Both the position numbers and the translations under genes were made by a program. Source: Felis catus (taxonomy: Eukaryota). Taken from it: a stretch of DNA of 64,000 nt. Positions 37,654-49,299 of the stretch are shown piece by piece. Each line of letters opens with the position of its first letter. Positions within the stretch are counted from its first letter, which is position 1. The DNA is taken from positions 204,478,001-204,542,000 of the forward strand of contig NC_058368.1 in NCBI RefSeq assembly GCF_018350175.1. Direction: 5' to 3'. The notes under the pieces were generated by a model, which did not search any database, was not told the origin of the DNA, and worked only from the letters and a program-made list of their open reading frames with translations.

Positions 37654-40041
37654 ATGTCGATACTACCCAAAGCAATCTACACATTTAATGTAATCCCTAT
37701 CAAAATAACACCATCATTTTTTGCAGAGCTAGAAGAAACAATTCTAAAATTTGTATGAAACCACAAAAGACCCTGAATAGCCAAAGCAATTCTGAAAAAG
37801 AAAAAACCAACTGAAGGCATCCTGAGTCCAGAATTTAAGCTATATTACAAAGCTGTAGTCATCAAGACAATATGGTTCTGGCACAAAAACATACACAGAG
37901 ATCAATGGAGTAGAATAGAAAACCCAGAACTGGACCAACAACTATATGGTCAACTATTCTTTGACAAAGCAGGAAAGAGGACCCAATAGAAAAAGACAGT
38001 TTCTTCAATAAATGGTGTTGGGAAAATTGGACAGCAACAAGCAGAAGAATGAAACCGGACCACTTTCTCACACCATACACAAAAATAAATTCCAAATGGA
38101 TGAACGACCTAAATACGAGACAGGAAATCATCAGAGTCATAGAGGAGAACACAGGCAGCAATGTCTTTGACCTCGGCTGCAGCAGCTTCTTACTAGACAT
38201 GTCTCTGGAGGCAAGGGAAATAAAAGCAAAGATGAACCATTGGGACCTCATCAAGATATAAAGTTTCTACACAGTGAAGGAAACAACCGACACAAATAAA
38301 AGGCAACCGATGGAATGGGAAAAGATATTTGCAAATGACATATCAGACGAAGGGTTAGTATCCAAAATCTATAAAGAACTTACCAAACTCAACACCTGAA
38401 AAACAAAGAATCCAATGAAGAAATGGGCAGAAGACATGAATAGACACTTTTCCAAAGAAGACATCTGGATGGCTAACAGACACATGAAAAGGTGCTCAAC
38501 GTCAGTCATCATCAGGCAAATACAAATCAAAACCATAATGAGATACCAACTGACACCTGTCAGAATGGCTAAAATTAACAGTACAGGAAACAACAGGTGT
38601 TGGCGAGGATTCAGAAGAAGGGGAACCCTTTTGCACTGTTGGAGGGAATGCAAACTGGTGTAGCCACTCTGGAGAACAGTATGGAAGTTCCTTGAAAAAG
38701 TAAAATTAGACTACCCTATGATCCGATAATTGCACTACTAGAGTTACCCAAAGGACATAAAAATAGAGATTTGAAGGGGTAAATGCACCCCGATGTTTAC
38801 AGAAGCACTATCAACAATAGCCAAACTATGGAAAGAGCCCAAATGAAGATATGGCATATATACACACAATGGAATATTACTCAGCCATCAAAAAGAATGA
38901 AATCTTGCCATTTGCAATGACATGGATGGAGCTAGAATGTTATGCTAAGCAAAATAAGTCAACCAGAGAAAGACAAATACCATATGATTTCACTCATATG
39001 TGGAATTTAAGAAACAAAACAGATGAACATATGGGAAGGGGGAAAAAAGAGAACAGAGGAAAACAAACCACAAAGACTCTTAACCATAGAGAACAAACTG
39101 AGGGTTGACAGAGGGAGATGGGATGCGCTAGATGGGTGATGGGCATTAAAGAGGGCACTTGTTATGATAAGCACAGAGTGTTGTATGTAAGTGAAGAATC
39201 ACTGAAGTCGACTCATGAAACCAATATTGCACTGTATGCTAACTAAAATTTAAATTAAAAAAAGAATAAAAACAAGGGTGCTTTGCAGTAAAAGATTAGG
39301 AAAAAAAAATCATCGTACATCTGTACAATCCCAAACTATGCAGCCCTTAGAAATACAATGGAAGGCATGATTTTGAAAAGCCATCCTAGAGGCTAAATAG
39401 GCTCCGGGCCTCTGAATCCTGGGAAGGCAGTGACTAGCAATGGGGCCAAGCGGGTATTATTCTAACCCAGGTGGGGAGGGAAGCACTGAGGCTCAGCCAC
39501 CCAGGTAGGCTTAGAGAAGGGCAAAGTCTGGGGACTCTTCCCTATGTGGATACCCTCTTGCAGTTCTCTCCACAACCACCTGCCCTGGTGTTTTCTGGGT
39601 CTAATTCAGCCCCTGACCTCCAGTATTAGGCTCCATGAGGCTAATGCTGGACCAGAGGAACGCAAGTATCAGCTCTAAGGCAGGCCAGTCTGGTAGCTTT
39701 CCAGCTTCTCACTGCACAAAATCTCTGAGTCCCCATCATTTTCCCCCCTGTCCCGGCAGTTCTCATTGCAGGAGGTGTGCCATTCCCCCGAGCCTCCTCT
39801 CAGCTGCTGGAGGTGGCCCAGACCCGGGCTTCTGTGGTGTGCAGGGCAGGCAGTAGGCAGGGCTCCTGCCTCCTGCAGGCAGACAGCCAAACCCTTGCAG
39901 CACGATGACAGATGAAGCTCCAACCCCTCAGGCTTGTAGATGGTAAAACAATATGTCGGGGCCAAGAGGCCAAGAGAGATGAGAAGGAGGCACCAGTCTT
40001 CTAGCCTAGGAAGTTTAGTCGTTAGAAAACAAGGTGCTGCT

Positions 40042-40281
40042 GGGGCGCCTGGGTGGCGCAGTCGGTTAAGCGTCCGACTTCAGCCGGGTCACGATCTCAC
40101 GGTCCGTGAGTTTGAGCCCCGCATCAGGCTCTGGGCTGATGGCTCGGAGCCTGGAGCCTGGAGCCTGCTTCTGATTCTGTGTCTCCCTCTCTCTCTGCCC
40201 CTCCCCCATTCATGCTCTGTCTCTCTCTGTCCCAAAAAAAATAAATTAAAAAAAAAAAAACAACGTTGAAAAAAAAAAAAA
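40042..40281 (+). mobile_element. CAN-SINE
   Basis: TSD agaaaacaaggtgctg. Confidence 0.95.
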
Positions 40282-41341
40282 GAAAACAAGGTGCTGAAAA
40301 CAGATGTTGGTGTTAACCTTCAGTGCAGATTGTTTCAGGAAGCCTGGCTTGGTGAGAGGAGATACATAAACATGCTCTTCCTGAATGACGTTAATCAGAA
40401 CTGCGTCGAGTGCGGTTTTGGTTGAGTCTGCTGATTGGGTCGTGCTAGCATTTAGGTGGTCATAGCAAGCTTACTAGTGTTTTCAGAGAAGCAAAATGGA
40501 AAAAAAAAAAAAACCTTCCAGGAAAGGTGTTTTTCTCTTTTTTTCAGTGGCATCTACTTTTCCTCTCTTCGAAGCAACAGACAGTAAGCATGCCAGCAAA
40601 TAAATGCATTAGACTATTTTAGTATAATAAGTGCTATCAAGAATGTTCTACAAATCCATTGAAAAGAAGGTAACAGGGAGGGTGCCATGTTACCTTGGAG
40701 AGTCAAAATAGAATTATTAGAGATATGGGAGTGTCTTTTCAAGTTAAATCAGAATAATGTGATGAAAACGCGACACAAAATCTGAGGGAGCAGTTATCAA
40801 GAGAGAACATCAAATTTAAGGACTCTGAGTCTAGAACAAGATTAATAAAGTCATGGACAGAGGGCAGGCAAATGGTGACTTTCTGTGGCCCAAATAGGAT
40901 CTATATGGACCATAACAATCTCAGAGTCCTCTATCCAAGAGGACCTACTTGCATAGTCATACTTGATAAATAATTTAAAAGAAGGATCAAATTTTTGAGT
41001 TCATTTTGATTGAAAGATTTAATTACTGATAAGAACACTGCTCAAATATATGATCTTGACCTAATAAATTATGAAATTGATCAGAAATATAACCAAGGGA
41101 TTGATAAGAGAGATCTGATAGTGTTGGAAAGTGTGTTCACATTTTTTTTTTTCTTCATTTGGTCAGATTATATGACCCTCCCCCCCCCCCCCCCAACACA
41201 CACACACCCGCTGAGCTTTGTAGTTTTTAGGTATTGTGACACTATACTTGCCAGGTAGAATATAAAATAAAGAGAGTATTAAAAAAAAGTGTTATAAGTG
41301 GCTATTCAAGAAGCCTTTCCTGGCACTAGAGACCCATAGAA

Positions 41342-41563
41342 TTTTTAAATTTTTTTTTTCAACGTTTATTTATTTTTGAGACAGAGAGAGACAGAGCATG
41401 AACGGGGGAGGGGCAGAGAGAGAGGGAGACACAGAATCGGAAACAGGCTCCAGGCTCTGAGCCATCAGCCCAGAGCCAGACGTGGGGCTTGAACTCACGG
41501 ACCGCGAGATCGTGACCTGAGCTGAAGTCGGACGCTTAACCGACTGTGCCACCCAGACGCCCC
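41342..41563 (-). mobile_element. CAN-SINE
   Basis: TSD gagacccatagaattttt. Confidence 0.93.
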
Positions 41564-42067
41564 GAGACCCATAGAATTTTGATTTAAAAGTAACATTGTA
41601 AATTTAGATGGTGTTAATTCCAGATCCCCTAATAAATTATCCTCTGTCTTAGCAGTTTCTGCCTAGGAGAGTTAAGAAGAACTGGTGCCCTGTTTGGTGC
41701 AGTTTGGAGGGAGAGGCATGTGAACTTGTGGGCTGCTCATTAGGTCTTCGCCTGGGTAATGGAGCTTCCCGTTGGGAAACCCCACTCTTATGAGTGATAG
41801 CCACCCAGGCCCCTTTTTCTCTCTACAACACAAGCATCCACTGACGGTTCACACCTGGATAGATATATCCCTGCTATCTGACACAGAAAGCTGAAGCCTG
41901 CTTTTGGGGATCACTGCTGAAGTAGATGATAACTTGCCAGTTGAGGCTGCTCCTGCTCTCAGGACCCTTTATCTAGACACCCAGAGTCCCTTTACAGGGA
42001 TACTTTCCATTTCTGGTTGTAAAAGTTCCCATTATTTTCCTGATATCTTATAAGAAATGTGCATCAC

Positions 42068-42128
42068 TTACGGTGATGGGTATTGAGAAGGGCACTTATT
42101 TTTAAAAAAAGATTTTTTAATGTTTATT

Positions 42129-42169
<41 letters not shown>

Positions 42170-42477
42170 GAGAGATAGATACACAGTGTGAGCAGGGGAG
42201 GGGCAGTGAGAGAGGAAACACAGAATCCCAAGTAGGCTCCAGGCTCTGGGCTGTCAGCACAAAGCCCAGCTAGGGTCTCGAAATTATGAACTGTGAGATC
42301 ACGCCCTGAGCCAAAGTTGGGTGCTTAACTGACTGAGCCCCCCAGATGCCCCAAGAAGGGCACTTCTTGTGATGTTGTATGTTTGGGTGTTGTAGGTAAG
42401 TGATGAATCACTGAATTCTACTTCTGAAACCAAAATTGCACTATATATGAACTAACTAAAACATAAATTAAAAAAAG
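42068..42477 (+). mobile_element. Short L1 3'-end insertion containing a minus-strand CAN-SINE (about 42100-42352)
   Basis: L1 3' terminus (ggtgatgggtattga...gaatcactgaattcta...aactaaaa). Outer TSD aagaaatgtgcatca, inner TSD agaagggcactt. Confidence 0.85.
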
Positions 42478-44599
42478 AAATGTGCATCATTTTAATCCTT
42501 ATTGAAAAAAAGGGAAGTTAAATAGATTGCATAGGCACTCATTAGCCATGTGACTTTAAATGTGTGTCTTCAGACATCAAGAATGTGTGAACACCTGCGT
42601 TGTAGAGAGTAGACAGTGCCTGGGTGACTACAGCACACAGAGGGGGGATTTCCCAATGGGGATGCACATTACTCAGCCAAACATTTGCTTGGCAGTTCCT
42701 CATGCTGAAATATTACTTAAATTTTGCACCTCTACATTTTTTGCCTGTAAAATGCATTTAATACCAGCACCTAATGAAATAGGATAATAAAACCTGTTAA
42801 TATAATGCCTCTCATATAGCAATTTCTCAGTAAATATTAGCTATTATAATTTAAAGGTAAAGTAAATGGGCATTAGAATCCTTTTATTTGTCTCTTAATA
42901 ATTTCTAAATACTTTTACTGTTAAAATTTAAATATATTTTTACATGAATAGAACAGTAAGGTGTCAAGTGAAAACAGAACTTCCCCCCTCCTTCTCCCAA
43001 CCTCCTAAATGATAGGTAACCAGTATTGATACCTTGGAGTGCATTTATAGTTTTATACAAAATCAAACACACAAATACAAATGCAAATATGTAAAAATCA
43101 TTCCCCTCCAGAAAATCATATCACACACACACATCAATAATTTGACTTGTCAGGTATTACTGTTTGGGACACCTTTCTGTTTTTATTGGAAGACACTGTC
43201 TTCTATTTAATGCAGCATGGCAATCCAATTTATATACTATACTCCAGCATGAGTTGCTAGAACAAAAATTGTGTGAAAAAGTCAGCTTTGCCAAAAATAG
43301 TATTATTCTCACAGTCTTCATGCTTAATAGTGGAAGAAGTAGCCTCTGGTGCATTACTGTGGGATTCACCATCCAACCCCTCCCGTACTTAGACCACTGC
43401 TCCCCTCTTCCCCATCCATATGTCTGCAGGAGTAGACAAGTTTATGCTTAACACTTGTGTTAATTGGGTACTGGGTGTTGGCCTAAGTCTTGGCATCTTT
43501 TCCCAAGCTGAGTCTGTAAGTCCCTATCCTGGTTTTGAAACTGGGACTTAGAATTTAATCATAACATGGACTCCAAGGGTCAATTCCCTTCCTGTTTATT
43601 GTTACCTATGTCAAGTTTACGTGCAAACATGAGTTTTTCTCATGTCTTCCTATATTGTCCACAGAGCCATCACATCACAGTCCTCACTGTGGTCCACCCC
43701 AACATTCCCAGCTTCTCTGTAAGAAACCCTCACATCACTGCTGGTCACCCGCTGTGTGCCAGGACATAGTCACCCTAAGAGCATACTACTGTCTGTGCAC
43801 CGATAGCAACAAAAGGGTTATTCTGTTTCAGGATGCATTTCCTCTACTGCCCCTTCTTTAATCCCTTCAATTCACCAAGGGTTGTTACACAAGGTTGAAG
43901 ACAAACAGCTGTATCAATTTTGACAGGATTGCAGGCAATTATAATATAAAATGGAGAAAATTAAGCTAAATTTTAAATCTCGTTGCTGAGAGTACCCTAT
44001 GGCCCTCTAGAAAAAAATGAGCCCCTTTAGAAGTAGTCTACTGATAGGGGAAAATAAGGGTTCAAATTAGAATCAGACACTTACTGATTCTATGCAATAA
44101 CTAGTGCTAACCGGATATCCTGTAAGCTCCAAATCACATCCGCCCCTTCATTAAGTAAGGTGGGCCCACAGCTGTCACCAATTTCTGCACTAGGTGTGAG
44201 AGACTCTACTGTGGTTTTCCCCCTTAAGGAGCTTGCATTTTACCTGACTTCTTTCTCAAAAGCAAAAAGATTAGCAATAAGACAGCAATCAGTAGGCAAG
44301 GCCTCCTCATTCTAAGACCAGGACCCCAAACCCTAGAAAAAGGAACCCTCTTGCCCCACGCAGAGACTGTCCTTGATTTTCTTACTGAGGAAGTCCAATC
44401 CCTGCCTATATATGTTCTTGTTAACCATTCTCACAAATCTATATTCTTTCATGCTACCTTTTTCCTTAACAATAGACCAAAACTTATTTTTGGTATAGGT
44501 GGATAAGAAATGGAGTTGTTTTATTCTAAAATCCATCTACATTTTTGCATATCAATTTCAATGATTGTGAAGTCTATAAAATATTCTTTCTGTCTTCTT

Positions 44600-45083
44600 T
44601 TTCAAGTTTTAATTAAGTTCTAGTTAGTTAACATATAGTGTAATATTGGTTTACAGGAGTAGAATTTAGTGATTCACTACTTATATATAACACCCAGGGC
44701 TCAACACAACAAATGCCTTCTTTAATCCCATCATCCATTTAGCCCATTCCCCGCCCACCTCTCTCCATCAACCCTCAGTTTGTTCTCTATAGTTAAGAGA
44801 CTCTTATTGTTTGCTTTCCTCTCTTTTTCCTCCTTGTCCCTTTGTTTCTTAAATTCCACATATAAGTGATATCATATGGTATTTGTGTTTCTCTGACTTA
44901 TTTCACTTAGCGTTAATACTTTCTAGTTGTATCCACATCATTGCAAATGGCAAGATTTCATTCCTTTTGATGGCTGAGTAATATTCCATTATGGAATATT
45001 GTATATATTGACACTTGGACTCTCTCCATAGTTTGGCTATTTTTGATAATGCTGCTATGGACATTAGGGTGCATGTTCCACCT
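44600..45083 (-). mobile_element. L1 3' fragment
   Basis: Reverse carnivore L1 3'UTR (tagttagttaacatatagtgtaatattggttt...gcaaatggcaagatttcattc). Confidence 0.85.
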
Positions 45084-45084
45084 T

Positions 45085-45315
45085 TTCTTTTTTCTTTTTC
45101 CCTTTTTTTATTTTACATTTATTTATTTTTGAGAGACAGAGACAGAGCACAAGTGGGGGAGGGGCAGAGAGAGAATGAGACACAGAATCTGAAGCAGGCT
45201 CCAGGCTCTAAGCTGTCAGCACAGAGCCCTATGTGGGGCTTGAACTCACAAACTGTGAGATCATGACCTAAGCCGAAGTCGGACGCTTAACCCATCGAGC
45301 CACCCGGGTGCCCCA
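45085..45315 (-). mobile_element. CAN-SINE
   Basis: Reverse SINEC body with T-rich tail. Confidence 0.9.
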
Positions 45316-47144
45316 TCTGCCTTGTCTTCTTGAAATCACTTAATTCTTGTCTTGAGAAAATAGCTACCTAGGCAAATCTTGCTGCTTCACATGCCCAATA
45401 TTGAAGGATGAACTTGCTCCATGCCAACACACAGGGTCAGTGGAACATTCCTAGCTTTGATACTCAGAAAGGTTGTTTATGAATGAAACTTTAAAAAACA
45501 GAGGAGGTGCTATACTTAACATATGCTTCTCTTCACAAAATAAAAGGGAAAAAAATGAAAGAGATGGGGATCTCATAGATGAAAAGAGATTTTAAGACAT
45601 CTCAATGGAATATAATGAGTAGATCTTGTCTGAATCCCGGCGATCCCCACTTTGTTGAGAAGGGGGCTAATCATCTGCAGTCTGGCCACATTGCTGGTTC
45701 TCACTGTAGAGGCTTCTTTCTGATGCATCTACAATGCGGACTTTCTCCCCCTAACCTCACTGGTGGGAAGCAGCTATCACTGTGGTTCAAACAAGTCTCT
45801 GGGAAGGTTCTACACCACCAAACCCAGTGAGCTGCAGGCTGAGCCTTCAAAGAGAACAGGGATGTTGAACCATGTTTGTCCCACTCTTGGACTCAGCCCA
45901 ACAGAGCTTTCTGTCTGGAGTATCTGTGTCCCATGCCCTGAGTTAGCTGCAAAGATACCATGTTTTCCAATGAATTCCTTCGACTTAGTGATACTAGCTG
46001 CCTTGACCAGAGCTTCCAACCCTCTGCTTCTTCTCTTGTCCATGTTTTCATCCTTACTATGTCCTTATTTCTACCCCCAACCCTCTCTGTCTCCCTCTCT
46101 CTCTCTCAGCTTTGACTGCCTATCCTCTTTTTTCCTGTTTATTTCTCATTTTACCTCTACCATTGTCTTTTTTCCTCAGCTCATGAAAAAGACGGTCTTT
46201 GGTGGCAGTCATCTCAAACATTAGAAGTTTTCTTTCCTGGCACCAAATGAACCACCACAGGGAGTAAGAGTTGTCTGTGTCTCCATGGTTTCTTGACTGT
46301 GACTCTGTTCTCCCCCTGAAATGTGAGTTATGCAAAAGCAGGAACCCGTTCTTCGACTCTGCATGTGCCGTACCAACCACAGCACCCTGCTCATGGCGGG
46401 TGCTCAAAACATGCTTGTTATGCTCTTGGAATTAAACTGACTTTGTTACATTGAAGATAAACGTCTGATCAAGGAAATGTAGGTTAGGATACACTGACAA
46501 ATTTACCAAATGGATGTACGAAGTCTGAAATATTTGAGGAAGGATGTAATAGGATTCAATTTCACGATAGATATGATGCAGGAAGGAAAAAGCAATCCAC
46601 CACGAGTAATCACATACAAAAAGACATTTTATATTTTATTTATCGATGTTATATTTATCTCAGTGGCCATATCACCAATGATGACAATGAAAATAGTAAT
46701 TGTAACAGAACAACTTATTTTCTGCCAGGGATATTTAATTACATAGCCTTTGTATCCAATTTAATCATAAAGGCTACCTTGTAAAATGTTGAGTTTTATC
46801 TCCAACCAATAGATGAAAATATGTCGATAAGAGAGGCTAGGTCCTAGCTGAGTGTCCCATATAGAGAAATGATGGACCGACCTTGAACAGAAACAGTATC
46901 TGGATCCTTAGATCTTGACCCCCTCCCCATCATACATATTGGCTGAAATTCTGAAGCTATTTTAACTTGGAAACAGACAAATATAAGATGAGGGTGTGAA
47001 TCTGACTTCTGTCACTAACCAGCAGTGTGATTTCATGCAGAGATAGCCAGCCACTTCTCACTCTGGCCATCTGGGTAAAATCTGCTGGCATGTCCATGAG
47101 AATCAATGGATGGAAAGTTACCAAAAATTGTCAGGCACGTGGGA

Positions 47145-47188
47145 TTTTTTAAAAAGTTATTATTTTTTTGTTATAAAAAATGTTTATT

Positions 47189-47234
<46 letters not shown>

Positions 47235-47390
47235 CAAGCAGGAGAGGGGCAGAGAGACAGAATCTGAAGCAGGCTCCAGGCTCTGAGCTACCAGCACAGA
47301 GCCCAACTTGGGGCTTCACCTAACCAACCCTGAGATCATGACCAAAGCCAAAGATGGACACTTAACGACGGAGCCACACAGTTGCCCCTA
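47145..47390 (-). mobile_element. CAN-SINE
   Basis: Reverse SINEC with a long (GA)n tract. Confidence 0.88.
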
Positions 47391-47499
47391 GGATTTTCGT
47401 AAATAAAAGAGTAACCCTGTAAATAGCTTGTTTTGACCAAGCCCCTCCACCCAAATTTTCTTTTAAAACAAACACTCTTTAATGTCAGCCAACAAAATC

Positions 47500-47718
47500 A
47501 ATTCAACTTCAGATAACTCCATCCAAGATGATTGACTTTGCCCTTAATTTCATCGGGCTCCGACTTCCGAGGCAATTTACACCTTAGAACACGTCCCCAC
47601 CCATCCTAATATCCTGTGGGCCTATGCCCTGCGCCCAGGAGAGTATAAATTTGCAAGAAAGGAGTCTGTGCACACTTTCCCTCCCGTGGGCCGCTGAAGC
47701 AATGGGGCACAGCTATCC
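47500..47718 (+). promoter_or_regulatory. Putative promoter and 5'UTR of unit C
   Basis: Upstream module 47500-47580 shared with units A and B, TATAAAT at 47644-47650, upstream out-of-frame ATG at 47702. Confidence 0.6.
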
Positions 47719-48730
47719 ATGGGGCACATCCATCCGCTCTGCGTGCGCCAGGCTTGGGATTTGGCACAGCGGGAGCAGGGACCCAGCACGCCGCTGCCTT
47801 TGCACTCATTGAGCTCTGGGCCCTGGCCGCTCCCTTTGTATCCGAAGCTTGGCCAGCTCTCTAGGGACGACCAGGACTTCAAACAAGACCTGCTTCGTCG
47901 CCCTTGCGGGCTGCTGCACCAGTACTGCTGGCGACACGGACCCAGAAGCGGAGCACGTGGAGGCGAGGCTCAGGGCCGCCAGCCGCGGCCTCAATGCCCA
48001 GAGGCCCGCAAGCAACCAGAGGTGCCCCGCGGCAGAGCCTCCTTGCGCCGGCGTCGCCGGGACCGCCGTTCGCGGTGAAGACGCTTGAGAGCGGCGTCCT
48101 CCTCCTGCCAGACGAGCCACCCCTCGGCTTTCAAAGGCTCCGCGGATTGGGTCCCACGCTCTGTGGCCCGGATCCCCGGGGCGGCGGCGGCGCCGCCCGT
48201 CTGAAGCGCCCAGGGCCCCTGAGACTTCCTCTGCGAGCATGCCGGGCACGAATCTCCTGGGACAACGAGGCTACAGTAACCGCCCCGTTTAGTAATCTGT
48301 TCTAATTACTCAATGTAAGAATTTGGCCTTCACAGACGTTGGGAGATTTTCCTTTAGCTTTCTTAATAAAATGGTACAAAAAGTGCTCTAATTCTGATTT
48401 TTCACTTACGTTTCTGGTTGGCTGTTGGGGAAGGACGAGGCGCAGGAGCGGGAGTGGCCGGTGCCGGTCCCCGAGCGGGGACCCTGGGGCGCCTGGTTTG
48501 CAGTGCACGGGGTGGGCGGTGGGGGTTTTCTCCGTGCGCGCGGGGGCGGCCGAGTGGGGGCGTGGCGGGTTGTCCAACTTGCCCGCGCGCGGTGGCCTTC
48601 CGGGAGACGCGGCACCCGGGCAGCCAGCAGCCGCGAGGACTCCACGCAGCCGGGAAATGTCCCCGCTCCGTGGCCCTGGCCCTTCTGTGCTCAGATTCCA
48701 TCTCGGTGAGTCTCGTGGCGTCTGCACGTT
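47600..48730. promoter_or_regulatory. CpG island over unit C and its downstream block
   Basis: High GC and CpG density in two lobes (47.7-48.27 kb and 48.42-48.73 kb). Confidence 0.75.
47719..48078 (+). CDS. ANXA2R: Annexin A2 receptor-like protein, 119 aa, C-terminally truncated (unit C); may be a pseudogene
   Basis: CVRQAWD, GPWPLPLYPKLG, LLRRPC and RKQPEVP match human ANXA2R motifs as I recall them (CVKRAWD, GPWPLPLYPVLG, LLSSPC, QKQQEAP). Position is syntenic, divergent from ZNF131. AATAAA at 48365-48370. The symbol marks family membership; one-to-one orthology is not established. Confidence 0.78.
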   Translation: MGHIHPLCVRQAWDLAQREQGPSTPLPLHSLSSGPWPLPLYPKLGQLSRDDQDFKQDLLRRPCGLLHQYCWRHGPRSGARGGEAQGRQPRPQCPEARKQPEVPRGRASLRRRRRDRRSR

Positions 48731-49299
48731 GCTTCACATGTTCGCAGTTGGAAACTCGCTTAGGTTTCTTTTATCTGCGCAACTCACTCCAATGAAAGAA
48801 ACTATTGTGTTTACTGTTCTAATGTTAGCAGAATGACCTGAGAAGGAACAATTTCCATCTGTGGGAGGTTTGCTTATTTACAAAAACCATAGAGTCCTTC
48901 GAAGGCAGCATAAAACCTTATAGCCGGGCAGCTGTTGAATCCTTCGCCGCATCTCTCAAGGCAAAAACTGTGGAGGCTGCGGCGGAGGAAAGAAAATCTT
49001 ATTCGGGAAGCTTTAGAACCCACCACCCCTGGAGACTGAGCACCAACTGCCCGGAGCCAAGAGGAATCAGCAGCACAAAGGGCAGGGCTGACTATGCCAC
49101 TAGGCAAAATGCCTGGGGCCTCACAGTAAGTTCACGGCCTCACAAAATTCTTTTAGTTTCTTTTAAAATCAAAAGGGAAAAATGAAGTCCTTGGTCGAAG
49201 AAAATATTTAATATAAATGTAAGGTCTTAAAACCAAAGCCGACCTGAAAGAGATTGGTTTTTTTTCTTTTATGGATTGAGGGGCCAAGGAATGCAAAAG

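Larger units (their letters stand above)
32258..39270 (+). mobile_element. Full-length carnivore/felid LINE-1, inactivated
   Basis: GC-rich 5'UTR (32.26-33.5 kb), ORF1 remnants (QPRILYPARLSFRIEEEINSFPDKQKLKE), ORF2 from MALNSYLLIITLNVNELNVPIKRHRV (about 35030) to about 38850 with stops and frameshifts, 3'UTR and A tail. Diverged flanking repeat ataaagacaagcctgct/ataaaaacaagggtgct. Confidence 0.95.

Noticed and set aside
32258..39270. Potentially active full-length L1
   Set aside because: Both ORFs are broken by stops, frameshifts and three SINE insertions.
39585..39675. Possible fourth degenerate unit (aggctaatg...caagtatcag, similar to 30930-30959)
   Set aside because: Two short words only, different spacing, no CpG island and no family-like frame downstream. 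A profile search could revisit it.
47904..48305. Single-frameshift model joining 47719 to this frame to give about 195 aa
   Set aside because: The length is attractive, but the best middle match (ERRPPPA) lies in the third frame behind a stop, so more than one lesion is needed.
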